Of a stretch of 64,000 nt of DNA, positions 1 to 10,122 are shown piece after piece. Below the pieces are notes generated by a model that was given only the letters and a program-made list of their open reading frames with translations, was not told where the DNA came from and did not search any database. Numbering within the stretch: the first letter of the stretch is position 1; each line of letters begins with the position of its first letter. The DNA is from Myxococcales bacterium (GTDB taxonomy: Bacteria > Myxococcota_A > UBA9042 > JABWCM01 > BTVJ01). The position numbers and the translations under genes are program-made. Location of the stretch: NCBI GenBank assembly GCA_045863395.1, contig BTVJ01000003.1:32001-96000 (forward strand), written 5' to 3'.

Positions 1-5
1 GCGAG

Positions 6-1988
6 GTGGGCTTCGGCAAGGATACCACCGGTGACCAGGACTTCATCTCCTTCCCGATGGATACCGGGAGTGGGGTTGTGGACACGGGCTCGGGCGTAGA
101 CGACGTCTGGACCCCCAGCGGTGACGGAGATGGCTCGGGGATGGACGGCCTCGCGGATGAGGACACGGGGCCGGCCCCCGGCGAGTTTGGATACCCTTGC
201 ACGGGCAACAACCAGTGCCTGAGCGGCTTCTGCGTCTTCAGCGAGAAGGGGCAGGTGTGCACGCAGGAGTGTGTCGAGGAGTGCCCGGGCGGCTGGTCGT
301 GCATCCCCGTCCAGAGCACGGGGACGGACCTCACCTACGTGTGCCTGTCGCGATTCCAGAACCTGTGCCGGCCTTGCGGCGCGGACTCCGACTGCAACGA
401 GGACTTCGAGCTGGGCGTCAACGCCTGCATCGACTTCGGCGGCGACGGGAGCTTCTGCGGCGTGGCCTGCCAGGGCAACGAGGACTGCCGGGATGGCTAC
501 TCCTGCCAGGACGTCAAGCTGGAGAGCGGGGCAGTCACGAAGCAGTGCGTGCCGTCGTCCGGAGAGTGCGAGTGCGCGCCCCTGTTCGTGCAGCAGCAGG
601 CCAAGACCACGTGCTTCCACGAGAACACCTTCGGTCACTGTGACGGCCAGCGGGTCTGCGGTCCCGACGGGCTGACCGCCTGCTCGGCCGGCGTGCCCGC
701 CAAGGAGGTCTGCAACGGCAAGGACGACAACTGCGACGGCAAGATCGACCCGCCGGGCGCCTCGGGGTGCATCGACTGGTTCCTGGACATCGACGGCGAC
801 GGGTATGGCATCGGCGTGCCCAAGTGCGAGTGCGAGTCTCCAGGGCCCGGCTACGTGGACAAAGGCGGTGACTGCAACGACTCCAACACGGGTGTGAGCC
901 CCAAGGCGGAGGAGGCGTGCAACGGCATCGACGACAACTGCGACGGCAAGATCGACGAGGACGGCTCCATCGGGTGCAGCACGTATGCGACGGACAAGGA
1001 CGGAGACGGGTTCGGGTCCAACACGGAGACCGTCTGTCTGTGCACCTTTGGTCCTGGCGTCTCTCTGACCAAGGGAGACTGTGACGACAACGACGCCAAC
1101 GTGAAGCCGGGTGTGCCGGACGAGTGCGACGGCGTGGACAACAACTGTGACGGGCAGGTAGACGAGGAGAACGCCGGCGAGTGCGTCCCCTACTACCTGG
1201 ACCAGGACGGCGACGGGTACGGGCTCGCCGACAAGGTCAAGTGCCTCTGTGGCCCGCAGGACCAGTACACCACGCAGGACGCCGGGGACTGCAACGACAA
1301 CGACTCGAAGATCGCGCCGTTCAAGCCCGAGATCTGCGACGGCAAGGACAACGACTGCGACGGGGAGACCGACGAGGGGAACGCCCTGGAGATGTGCGGG
1401 ACGGTCAAGAACGGCGCGGCGGCGTGCGTGGCAGGGGCCTGCGTCGTCGGAAAGTGCGACGGCGGCTACTATGACATCGACTTCGACATCCAGACCGGGT
1501 GCGAGTGCAAGGCCAACATTGTCGAAAACAGCGGCCCGACCTGCGAAAAGGCCGTGGACCTGGGGACCCTCACCGACAAGGGCATCACGCTGGCTCCCAA
1601 CGTGCAGGGCAACGCGGTCTATTCGGATGAGTCAGACTGGTACGTCTTCAAGGGGACGGACGGCCCGGACGCGGCGGGCTGCGACAGCTACCACGTGCGC
1701 GTGCGCTTCCTGAACAACCCGCTGAACGCCTACACCTTCGACGTCTACCGCGGGAGCTGCGCCGCCGCCAACCAGCTCTGCAAGCAGGGCTCCGACTTCC
1801 AGTGGTTCACGGACTTCCTGGAGGGGGACAAGGGCGAGTGCAAGTGCGCCGGGATCGACCAGACGGCGGAGGATGTCCACGTCTGCACCGACAACACGTC
1901 GCTCTACTTCGTGCGGGTCTACCGCCACCCGGACGTGCCACCGAGCTGTGACGGCTACACCATCGAGATCACCAACGGCGTGTACTGA
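6..1988 (+). CDS. Cys/Asp-rich extracellular protein with putative metal-binding (MopE-related) repeats; probably 5'-partial
   Basis: Four xCNG/DGxDD/NN/NDCDGxxDE-type repeats, three preceded by DxDGDGY/FG loops, many paired Cys. The frame is open to the window edge and no signal peptide is visible, so the start is likely upstream. Confidence 0.8.
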   Translation: MGFGKDTTGDQDFISFPMDTGSGVVDTGSGVDDVWTPSGDGDGSGMDGLADEDTGPAPGEFGYPCTGNNQCLSGFCVFSEKGQVCTQECVEECPGGWSCIPVQSTGTDLTYVCLSRFQNLCRPCGADSDCNEDFELGVNACIDFGGDGSFCGVACQGNEDCRDGYSCQDVKLESGAVTKQCVPSSGECECAPLFVQQQAKTTCFHENTFGHCDGQRVCGPDGLTACSAGVPAKEVCNGKDDNCDGKIDPPGASGCIDWFLDIDGDGYGIGVPKCECESPGPGYVDKGGDCNDSNTGVSPKAEEACNGIDDNCDGKIDEDGSIGCSTYATDKDGDGFGSNTETVCLCTFGPGVSLTKGDCDDNDANVKPGVPDECDGVDNNCDGQVDEENAGECVPYYLDQDGDGYGLADKVKCLCGPQDQYTTQDAGDCNDNDSKIAPFKPEICDGKDNDCDGETDEGNALEMCGTVKNGAAACVAGACVVGKCDGGYYDIDFDIQTGCECKANIVENSGPTCEKAVDLGTLTDKGITLAPNVQGNAVYSDESDWYVFKGTDGPDAAGCDSYHVRVRFLNNPLNAYTFDVYRGSCAAANQLCKQGSDFQWFTDFLEGDKGECKCAGIDQTAEDVHVCTDNTSLYFVRVYRHPDVPPSCDGYTIEITNGVY

Positions 1989-2038
1989 GATTGGGGGCCG
2001 CCCCCCGGCCCTCCGCTCCATGCCGCGGCACGCTCCCG

Positions 2039-4036
2039 CTACTCTCCCCGCAGCGCCCGATCCGCGGCCTCGGCCACCTGGGCGGCCGTGAAGCCCAGCT
2101 TCTCGGCGATGACCTCCGCGGGGGCCGAGTGGCCGAAGGTCTCGATGGTGACGTAGCTCCCACTGGACCCCGCCCACCGCTCCCACCCCATGCGGACGCC
2201 GGCCTCGACGACCACGCGGACCGGCACGTCCGCGGGGAGCACCTGCGCCTGGTAATCCCGAGACTGAGCGGCGAACAGCTCCCAGGACGGGAAGCTGACG
2301 ACACGCGCAGCGACTCCCCGCTCGGCGAGCAGCGCCGCGGCACCCACCGCCACGTGCAGCTCGCTCCCCGTCGCGAGGAGCAGCAGATCCGGGCGGCGCG
2401 GCGTGTCGACCAGCACGTAGGCGCCTCGCGCGACGCCCTCGCGAGCACGCTCCGCGGTCCCCTCCAGGGTCGGCACCTTCTGCCGGGTCAGCGCCAGCGC
2501 CGACGGCCCGTGCTCGTTGCCCAGGGCGACCGCCCACGCGGCGGCGACCTCGTTGGCGTCACCGGGGCGCAGCACCGTGAGCCCGGGGATGCACCGGAGC
2601 GCAGCCAGGTGCTCGACGGGCTGGTGCGTCGGGCCGTCCTCGCCCAGGAACACGCTGTCGTGGGTCAGGATGTGGATGACCCGCTGGCGCATCAGGGCAG
2701 AGAGCCGAATGGCGCCGCGCATGTAGTCGCTGAACACCAGGAAGGTCGCGTCGTAGGGGATCACGCCCCCGTGCAGCGCCAGGCCGTTGCAGATGGCCCC
2801 CATGCCGTGCTCGCGCACCCCGAAGTGCAGGTTGCGGCCCCCGAAGGAGCGCCGCTGGACGGAGCCGCCGCCCTTGATGTCCGTGTTGTTGGAGCCGGCC
2901 AGATCCGCCGAGCCCCCGAGGAGCGCTGGCAGGACCGGGGCGAGGGCGTTGATCACCTGGCCGCTCGCCTCGCGGGTTGCGAGCTTGGTTCCCTCCGCAA
3001 AGGAGGGCAGGGCGGAGGTCCACCCCTCGGGGAGCCTCCCCTGCATCTGCTGCTGGAGCTGGGCGGCCAGCGCGGGGTGGCTGTCCGCGTAGTCGGCGAA
3101 GCGGCGCCGCCACGAGGCGTGGGTCTCCGCCCAGCCCTTGCGCAGCCCATCGAAGCCTTTGCGGATGGCGTCCGGGACATGGAACCGGGGCTCCTGCGGC
3201 CACCCGAGGCGGTCCTTGGTGAGCGCGATCTCCGCGTCCCCGAGCGGCGAGCCGTGGCAGGAGGACGTGTCCTGCTTGTTGGGGGAGCCGAAGCCGATGT
3301 GGGTCTTGCAGCACAGCAGGCTCGGGCGGTCCGTGACATCCCGAGCCGCGGCGATGGCCGCCTCGATGGCGGCGTGATCGTGGCCGTTGACGTGCTGCAC
3401 GTGCCAGCCGTAGGCGTAGAAGCGGGTCGCCACGTCCTCGGAGAACGCGAGGTCCGTCTTGCCGTCGATGGTGATGCCGTTGTCGTCGTAGAGCACGATC
3501 AGGCGGCCCAGGCCCAGGTGGCCTGCCAGGGAGCACGCCTCGCTGGCCACCCCCTCCATCAGGTCGCCGTCGCCCGCGATGACCCAGGTGTGGTGGCCGA
3601 CGACTTCGTGGTCGGGGCGGTTGAAGCGCTCGGCGAGCCACCGCTCGGCCAGCGCCATGCCCACCGCATTGGAGATACCCTGGCCGAGAGGGCCCGTCGT
3701 GGTCTCGATGGCGCGCGACAGGTGGGACTCCGGGTGCCCCGCCGTGCGCGACCCCCACTGGCGGAAGCGTTGGAGCTCCTCCATGGGGAAGTCCTCGTAA
3801 CCGCTCAGGTGCAAGAGCCCGTAGAGCAGCATGGAGCCGTGCCCCGCGGAGAGGACGAACCGGTCCCGATCCAGCCACGCCGGATCGGCTGGGTCATGCT
3901 TCAAGAAGCCGGTCCACAGGACGGCGGCCACGTCCGCCATGCCCATGGGCATGCCCGGGTGGCCGCTGTTGGCCTTCTGGACCCCGTCCATGGCCAGTCC
4001 GCGCAGGGTGTTCGCAAGCAGGTGCCGGTCGATCAT
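2039..4036 (-). CDS. tkt: Transketolase
   Basis: [48 protein letters not shown] and [16 protein letters not shown] motifs; start re-picked at MIDRHLL. Confidence 0.97.
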   Translation of the reverse strand: MIDRHLLANTLRGLAMDGVQKANSGHPGMPMGMADVAAVLWTGFLKHDPADPAWLDRDRFVLSAGHGSMLLYGLLHLSGYEDFPMEELQRFRQWGSRTAGHPESHLSRAIETTTGPLGQGISNAVGMALAERWLAERFNRPDHEVVGHHTWVIAGDGDLMEGVASEACSLAGHLGLGRLIVLYDDNGITIDGKTDLAFSEDVATRFYAYGWHVQHVNGHDHAAIEAAIAAARDVTDRPSLLCCKTHIGFGSPNKQDTSSCHGSPLGDAEIALTKDRLGWPQEPRFHVPDAIRKGFDGLRKGWAETHASWRRRFADYADSHPALAAQLQQQMQGRLPEGWTSALPSFAEGTKLATREASGQVINALAPVLPALLGGSADLAGSNNTDIKGGGSVQRRSFGGRNLHFGVREHGMGAICNGLALHGGVIPYDATFLVFSDYMRGAIRLSALMRQRVIHILTHDSVFLGEDGPTHQPVEHLAALRCIPGLTVLRPGDANEVAAAWAVALGNEHGPSALALTRQKVPTLEGTAERAREGVARGAYVLVDTPRRPDLLLLATGSELHVAVGAAALLAERGVAARVVSFPSWELFAAQSRDYQAQVLPADVPVRVVVEAGVRMGWERWAGSSGSYVTIETFGHSAPAEVIAEKLGFTAAQVAEAADRALRGE

Positions 4037-4133
4037 CGCGTCCTCGCTCTCTCGCCGTGGGAGCTGGTTGTCGCGCGTATGCGCGGTCGCAGGAGTATCA
4101 CCGGAGCCGGGGGTGGGACAAGCGGGAATGCGC

Positions 4134-5390
4134 CTAGCGGAGGTGGGTGCCGGTCGTCCGGTACTCCTCGATGAAGGCGTGGAGCTCCGGCTCCGAGAGG
4201 ACCCGGTTCGTGTGCTTGGCGAAGCTGAACACCGCGTGGACCAGGTCGCGCTCGGGCTCGATGCCGCGGCGCTCCAGCCAGTAGACGACGTTGGACTCGC
4301 CGCTGTAGTGGCCGACCTCGATGTCCTGCTCCCGGCCGACCATGGAGGCGGGGACCCCGCTGTAGACGTGGTCGGCGAGCCAGGCGTCCCCCTTGCGCGC
4401 CGCCTTGATGATCGCCGCCGCGTGAACCCCCGTCGCCGTGCGGAAGGCGTCGTGGCCGACGGCCGGGTAGTCGGCGGGGATGGGGATGCCCATGGCCGCG
4501 GCCGCGGTCTTGGTGTAGCGGTCGAGGTGGGCGAGGTCGTTGTCGATGACCCCGAGCAGCCTGAGGTTGACCAGCAGCAGGTCCATGGGCGTGTTGCCCA
4601 CGCGCTCGCCGATGCCGCGGGCCGTGCCGTGGACCCGGTCCACGCCGGCCTCCACGGCGAAGAGCGCGTTGGGGAGCGCCAGGCCCCGGTCATTGTGGCC
4701 ATGCCACTCGACCCCGACGTCGACGCCCAGGGAGTCCACGAGGTTGCGGGTGAACCCCACGAGGCGGCGCACGCCGTCGGGCGTGGCGTGCCCCACCGTG
4801 TCGCACAGGCACAGGCGGCGAGCTCCCGCCTCGATGGCGGAGCGGAAGAGGCGCCCGAGGGTCTCCGGGCGCGATCTGCATGTGTCCTCGGTCACATACG
4901 CCGGCAGGAGGCCGTTCTCGGCGGCAAACCGGAGCGCAGTGGTGGACAGGCGCTCGATCTTCTCGACGTCCCACCCCTCCGTATACTGGCGGATGGGGCT
5001 CGACCCGATGAAGGCCATGACCTCGATCTCGATGCCGACCCGCTGCGAGATGGCCACGATGGGCTCGATGTCCGCGATGACGGTGCGGGCCGCCGTGCTC
5101 GGACGGATCTTGAGCTTCGACTGGACGATCTCGCGGCAGAGGATCTCGACGTCCTCCTGGGCCCTCTGGCCTGCCCCCGGGAGCCCCAGGTCGGCCCACT
5201 GGATGCCGAGCTTCTCCATCAGGTGGAGCAGCTCGATCTTCTCGTCGATGGTCGGGTCCTTGGCGCTTGGGGACTGGATGCCGTCGCGCAGCGTCTCGTC
5301 GTAGAGCTCGATGGGCCGCGTGGTCATGGGCGCCGTCTTGTCCACCACGTTCCAGTCATACACCACGTCGTGGAAGTCGAGCCTGGTCAT
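4134..5390 (-). CDS. LeuA-family (2-isopropylmalate/homocitrate/citramalate synthase-like) DRE-TIM acyl-CoA condensing enzyme, lacking the C-terminal regulatory domain
   Basis: [34 protein letters not shown]; 418 aa; AGGAGGA RBS before ATG 5390. Confidence 0.85.
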   Translation of the reverse strand: MTRLDFHDVVYDWNVVDKTAPMTTRPIELYDETLRDGIQSPSAKDPTIDEKIELLHLMEKLGIQWADLGLPGAGQRAQEDVEILCREIVQSKLKIRPSTAARTVIADIEPIVAISQRVGIEIEVMAFIGSSPIRQYTEGWDVEKIERLSTTALRFAAENGLLPAYVTEDTCRSRPETLGRLFRSAIEAGARRLCLCDTVGHATPDGVRRLVGFTRNLVDSLGVDVGVEWHGHNDRGLALPNALFAVEAGVDRVHGTARGIGERVGNTPMDLLLVNLRLLGVIDNDLAHLDRYTKTAAAAMGIPIPADYPAVGHDAFRTATGVHAAAIIKAARKGDAWLADHVYSGVPASMVGREQDIEVGHYSGESNVVYWLERRGIEPERDLVHAVFSFAKHTNRVLSEPELHAFIEEYRTTGTHLR

Positions 5391-5427
5391 GGTTCCTCCT
5401 GCCGCCTCTCCCGGGGTGGTCCGGCGC

Positions 5428-6627
5428 TCAGGCGCCGGGATTCTCCAGCACGATGGCGATGCCCTGCCCACCGCCGATGCATGCGCTGCCGACGCCGTAC
5501 CGCGCGCCCTGCCGCCGCAGCTCGTAGGCGAGGTGCAGCGTGATGCGCGTGCCGCTCGCGCCGAGAGGGTGGCCCAGCGCGATGGCGCCGCCGTTGACGT
5601 TGGTCCTGCCGCGGTCGAGGCCGAGCGCCTTCTCTACCGCAAGATACTGGGCGCCGAAGGCCTCGTTGACCTCCACGACGGCCATGTCGTCGAGGGTCAG
5701 GCCGGCCCGCTCCAGGGCGAGCCGAATGGCCGGAACGGGCCCGATGCCCATGATCTTGGGGTCACAGCCGACCACACCCCACGAGACGATGCGGGCCAGC
5801 ACGTCTTGGCCCTTCGACGCGGCTCGCTCGGCGGTGGTGACCACGGTCGCCGCGGCGCCGTCGCAGATGCCAGAGGCGTTGCCGGCGGTCACGACGCCGC
5901 CCTTCTTGAAGACCGGCGGCAGCTTGGAGAGGGTCTCCAGGGTCGTCTTCGGGCGCGGGTGCTCGTCGGCGGAGACAATCGTCTCGCGCCCCTTGCGGTC
6001 CTTCAAGATCACGGGGGCGATCTCGCCGGCGTACACACCCCGCTCCAGCGCTGCGGCGTAGGCCTGCTGCGTGCGCACCGCGTAGGCGTCGACGTCCTCG
6101 CGGCTGATCCCATACTGCTCCGCAAGGTTCTCGGCCGTGATGGCCATGGGGAGCCCGGTGTAGGTGTCCGTCAGCGACTCCCACAGCAGGTCCTGCATGG
6201 GCGCCTGGCCGAACGGCAGTCCCCAGCGGGCCCCGCGGATCACGTGGGGGGCCTGGGACATGCTCTCCGTGCCGCCGGCGAGCACGGTCTCCGCCTCGCC
6301 GAGGAGGATCTGCTCCGCGCCGGAGATGATGGACTGGAAGCCGGACCCGCACAGGCGGTTCAGAGTGATGGCAGGGGTGCGGTCCGGGCAGCCGGAGCGC
6401 AGCGCCACGTGGCGCGCCAGGTAGATGGCGTCCGCGCTGGTCTGGTTGGCGTTGCCCACGATGACGTGGTCGATCTCCTCCGGCGCGACCCGAGCCTGCT
6501 CGAGGGCGGCGCGGGACGCCTCCACGGCGAGGTCCGTCGCGCTGAGATCCTTGAGGGAGCCGCCGAAGGCGCCGAAGGGGGTGCGCTTGCCGGCGACGAT
6601 CACGATGTCCTTGCTGAGCTTCTTCAC
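5428..6627 (-). CDS. Acetyl-CoA C-acyltransferase (thiolase)
   Basis: RTPFG, NRLCGSG (catalytic Cys), GGTESMS, NEAF, GGAIALGHPLGASG, CIGGGQG; GTG 6627 follows GGAG (ATG 6639 is an alternative start). Confidence 0.95.
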   Translation of the reverse strand: MKKLSKDIVIVAGKRTPFGAFGGSLKDLSATDLAVEASRAALEQARVAPEEIDHVIVGNANQTSADAIYLARHVALRSGCPDRTPAITLNRLCGSGFQSIISGAEQILLGEAETVLAGGTESMSQAPHVIRGARWGLPFGQAPMQDLLWESLTDTYTGLPMAITAENLAEQYGISREDVDAYAVRTQQAYAAALERGVYAGEIAPVILKDRKGRETIVSADEHPRPKTTLETLSKLPPVFKKGGVVTAGNASGICDGAAATVVTTAERAASKGQDVLARIVSWGVVGCDPKIMGIGPVPAIRLALERAGLTLDDMAVVEVNEAFGAQYLAVEKALGLDRGRTNVNGGAIALGHPLGASGTRITLHLAYELRRQGARYGVGSACIGGGQGIAIVLENPGA

Positions 6628-6662
6628 GGCGGTCTCCATCGGTCTCATCGGGGGGTGCGGGC

Positions 6663-7802
6663 TCACAGCTCGACGGGGCGTCCCGGCGTGCTCGGGTCGG
6701 AGTCGACGATTCCCGGCTCAGTCAGCTCTTCGTTTGCCCTGGGGCCGTGATCCGCATCCAGGAAGTGTACCAGAAAGTCACCGACCTGCTCGGTGGAAAG
6801 ATTGCCGCCCAGGTCTCGCGTGACGCGGTTCGTGCGGATGGCTGCCGCGGCGGCGTACCGGACGGAGGCGGACGCCTCCTCGTAGCCCAGGTGGTCCAGC
6901 AAGAGCGCCGTGCTGAGCACGGCCCCGATGGGGTTCGCCTTGCCCTGGCCTGCGATGTCCGGCGCCGAGCCGTGCACCGGCTCGAACAGGGCCGCCCGGC
7001 TGACGCCCAGGTTGGCGCTCGGGGCGAGCCCGATGCCGCCGATGAGCTGCGCCGCCTCGTCGCTGAGGATGTCGCCGAAGAGGTTGCTCGTGACCATCAC
7101 CCCGAACTGCTCGGGCGCGCGCAGGATCTCCATGGCGGCGCGGTCCACGAGCATGTCGGTGGCCTCGATGTCCGGGTAGTCGGAGGCTACCTGCCGGAAC
7201 ACGCGCAGCCAGAGGTTGCCGATGGAAGGGATCGCGTTCTGCTTGTGGACGCAGCAGACCTTGTCCACGCGGCGCCTGGCCGCAAACTCGAAGGCCCAGC
7301 GGATGATGCGCTCGGTGCCGCGGTGCGTGTAGATCATCTCTGCGATGGCGACCTCGTGGGGCGTGCCCTTGCGCATGGACCCGCCCACGCCGACGTAGAT
7401 GCCCTCGGTGTTCTCGCGGACGATGGTGAAGTCGATGTCCGCCGTCGTCTTGCCCTTGAGCGGGGACAGGCGCTCATCCAGCAGGTGGAAGGGGCGCAGG
7501 TTCACGTAGAGGTCCAGATCGAAGCGCAGGCCGAGCACGATCTCACGGGCCGGCGTGTTGTCCGGCACCCGCGGGTCACCGACCGCACCGAGCAGGATGG
7601 CGTCATACTCGCGGCCGATGCGCTGCCGCTCCTCCGGGGGCAGGGCCGTCCCGGTGCGGAGGTAGTGCTCCGAGCCGTAGGGGAGCTCTTCGAGCTCCAG
7701 GGGCACGCCGTGGCGGTAACGCACCGCCTCCAGCACGCGGACCGCGACGCCGACCACCTCCGGGCCGATTCCGTCGCCAGGGATCACCGCTACTCGCTTC
7801 AT
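6663..7802 (-). CDS. leuB: 3-isopropylmalate/tartrate dehydrogenase family protein
   Basis: IPGDGIGPEV, LLGAVGDP, IVRENTEG, SNLFGDILSDEAA, LFEPVHGSAPDIAGQGKANP. Confidence 0.85.
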   Translation of the reverse strand: MKRVAVIPGDGIGPEVVGVAVRVLEAVRYRHGVPLELEELPYGSEHYLRTGTALPPEERQRIGREYDAILLGAVGDPRVPDNTPAREIVLGLRFDLDLYVNLRPFHLLDERLSPLKGKTTADIDFTIVRENTEGIYVGVGGSMRKGTPHEVAIAEMIYTHRGTERIIRWAFEFAARRRVDKVCCVHKQNAIPSIGNLWLRVFRQVASDYPDIEATDMLVDRAAMEILRAPEQFGVMVTSNLFGDILSDEAAQLIGGIGLAPSANLGVSRAALFEPVHGSAPDIAGQGKANPIGAVLSTALLLDHLGYEEASASVRYAAAAAIRTNRVTRDLGGNLSTEQVGDFLVHFLDADHGPRANEELTEPGIVDSDPSTPGRPVEL

Positions 7803-7967
7803 CCGACCTCTCCTTGGGGCTCTTGGGCCGACGGGACGGGCGCAAGAATGCCCACAGGCGACAATCGGCGTCAACCCGCAAGTCGAGCCCGGAGTGACGG
7901 CGAGGAGTCGGCCGGAGGTTTGCGCAGGATCTTGGGAGGGTGGGGCTGGTGCGCTGGGGCTCTCGGG

Positions 7968-8585
7968 CTAGAAGCGCTTGAACACGCGCCCCTCACGGGC
8001 AGCGGCGTAGCGCGCCTCGGCGACGCCCCAGGCCACATTCGAGAGGAAGGCGTCGATGTAGGCGGGGCGCCCGCCCGCGCGGTGATCCACCATGTAGGCG
8101 TGCTCCCACACGTCCATCACGAGGATGGGCTGGAAGCCGCCGACGTTGCCGTCCTCGTGGAGCTGGACGAAGTGGTTGTTCAGCGCGCCGGTCGTGCCGT
8201 CGTAGAACAGGATGGACCAGCCGATGCCGCGCGACTTGCCCGCCGCGGAGAAGTCGGCCTTCCAGGCGTCCACGGAGCCGAAGGACGCCTTGATGGCGCG
8301 CGCCAGCTCCCCTCCCTCGTTCACGGACTGGCCGGCCGCGAGGTTGCCGAAGTAGTACTCGTGGAGCACCATCCCATTGTACTCGAAGCCGAAGCGGCGC
8401 CGCCTGTCGGCGTAGGCGAGGCTCCCGCCCGCGCCGCTCTCGCGGAGCCCGGCGAGCTCCTTGATCAGCGCGTTGGTCTGCGTGACATAGCCCTTGTAGA
8501 GGCCCCAGTGGTCGTTGATCTGATCGTCCGAGATACCGCTGAGGCCGGAGGGCTTCAGCTCCTCACGAACCGTGTACTCCGTCAT
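7968..8585 (-). CDS. Fe/Mn superoxide dismutase family protein
   Basis: Metal ligands H (NDHWGLY), H (VLHEYYF) and D/H (MDVWEHAY); AAGGAG RBS. Confidence 0.9.
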   Translation of the reverse strand: MTEYTVREELKPSGLSGISDDQINDHWGLYKGYVTQTNALIKELAGLRESGAGGSLAYADRRRRFGFEYNGMVLHEYYFGNLAAGQSVNEGGELARAIKASFGSVDAWKADFSAAGKSRGIGWSILFYDGTTGALNNHFVQLHEDGNVGGFQPILVMDVWEHAYMVDHRAGGRPAYIDAFLSNVAWGVAEARYAAAREGRVFKRF

Positions 8586-8872
8586 GTCGATCTCTCCTTA
8601 CCAAGGTGAACAGGGTGAAGGCCCCGCCGCGACGCGCGCGGCGCGCCCCGCACCGATAGCAGGCCGCCCGCCTCGGCGTAAAGCGATGACAGCGGATCTG
8701 ACTGGAATCTGTCTGCTTTCTCCCCTCGGTGGCACGCGCTTGGGCGGTTTCATGTTGCCGGCCAGAGGGGTATAGTGGGCGGCCATGGGGGCTCGGCCGC
8801 GCGGAGCGAGCAGCGCGGGCCGTGGTTCGCACGGCACGGTCAGGCAGCCGGACGCATGGAGGAGCGCGAGTC

Positions 8873-9880
8873 ATGAGGAAGATCGTTTCGGTTCAGCGGC
8901 ACATCGTCGAGAATGAGCGGCTACACCCGGAGGCGACGGGAGAGCTGACCAGTCTGCTCTGGGATCTGACCATCGCGATCAAGATGATCAGCCGCGAGGT
9001 GAACAAGGCGGGCCTGGTCAACATCCTCGGGGCCGCAGACGACGTGAGCAACGCCTCGGGCGACGAGGTGAAGAAGCTCGACGTCTACGCTCAGGACGTG
9101 ATGGTGAGCGCCATGAGCCACGGCGGTCACCTCGGCTGCATGGCGAGCGAGGAGGAGGCCGAGGTCATCCCGATCCCCCCCGGCTATCCGCGGGGCAAGT
9201 ACGTCCTGATCTTCGACCCGCTGGACGGCTCGTCGAACATCGACGCCAACGTCTCCATCGGGACCATCTTCTCCATCCACCGTATGGTGTCCAACGGGCC
9301 GGACGGCACGCTGGCGGACTGCCTGCAGCGCGGCAGCAAGCAGGTGGCGGCGGGCTACGTGGTCTATGGCAGCAGCACCATGCTGGTCTACACCACGGGC
9401 CGCGGCGTGGCGGGCTTCACCCTGGACCCGAGCATCGGCGAGTTCCTGCTGTCCCACCCCGACATCCGGATCCCCCAGCGGGGCAAGATCTACAGCGTCA
9501 ACGAGGGCCACTCCATCAAGTGGGACCAGGGGACGCGCAACTATGTGGAGCACCTCAAGTCCAAGGAGAAGGGGCCCTACTCGGGGCGCTACATCGGGTC
9601 CATGGTCTCCGACGTCCACCGCACCCTGCTCTATGGGGGCATCTTCATGCACCCCCGCGACTACAGCCGCGACCCCGTGCGAGGCCAGGGCAAGCTGCGC
9701 CTGCTCTACGAGGCGGCGCCCATGGCGATGATCGTCGAGCAGGCCGGCGGCGTTGCGACCACCGGGACCGAGCGGATCCTCGACATCGAGCCCACCTCGC
9801 TGCACCAGCGGGTCCCCGTCGCCATCGGCTCCACGGACGACGTCAACGAGTACCTCCGGTTTCTGCGGGCCGATCTGTAG
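8873..9880 (+). CDS. fbp: Class 1 fructose-1,6-bisphosphatase
   Basis: KKLDV, ASEE, FDPLDGSSNIDANVSIGTIF, RYIGSMVSDVHRTL, GKLRLLYEAAP; GGAGGAG RBS. Confidence 0.97.
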   Translation: MRKIVSVQRHIVENERLHPEATGELTSLLWDLTIAIKMISREVNKAGLVNILGAADDVSNASGDEVKKLDVYAQDVMVSAMSHGGHLGCMASEEEAEVIPIPPGYPRGKYVLIFDPLDGSSNIDANVSIGTIFSIHRMVSNGPDGTLADCLQRGSKQVAAGYVVYGSSTMLVYTTGRGVAGFTLDPSIGEFLLSHPDIRIPQRGKIYSVNEGHSIKWDQGTRNYVEHLKSKEKGPYSGRYIGSMVSDVHRTLLYGGIFMHPRDYSRDPVRGQGKLRLLYEAAPMAMIVEQAGGVATTGTERILDIEPTSLHQRVPVAIGSTDDVNEYLRFLRADL

Positions 9881-10122
9881 ATGACCCCGGCCAGCTCGCC
9901 CGTGGGGCAGATGCCTGCTCGTCCGGACCGCTCCCGCCCTCTTCGCGTGACCCGATGGCGACCAGGCCGTGACGCACAGGGGACAACGGCACCCGCCTGT
10001 CCTTTTGTCTTGCATGGGGCACACGGGCCGCGGTAGACGGAACCCCAATGATGGCGGGTCGCGCGCCGCCCGGCGCTCGACCGATGCGCCTCCGCCCGCC
10101 GGAGCGCCCCGAGGAGGATCCC

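Noticed and set aside
1991..8609. Long plus-strand ORFs (727, 570, 479, 620 aa) opposite tkt, the LeuA-like gene, thiolase, leuB and sod
   Set aside because: Antisense shadows of real genes, expected with strong GC3 bias; no recognisable motifs.
8730..8746. TGGCACG-like sigma54 element upstream of fbp
   Set aside because: GG-to-GC spacing is 11 rather than 10 nt, so the -12 element is misplaced.
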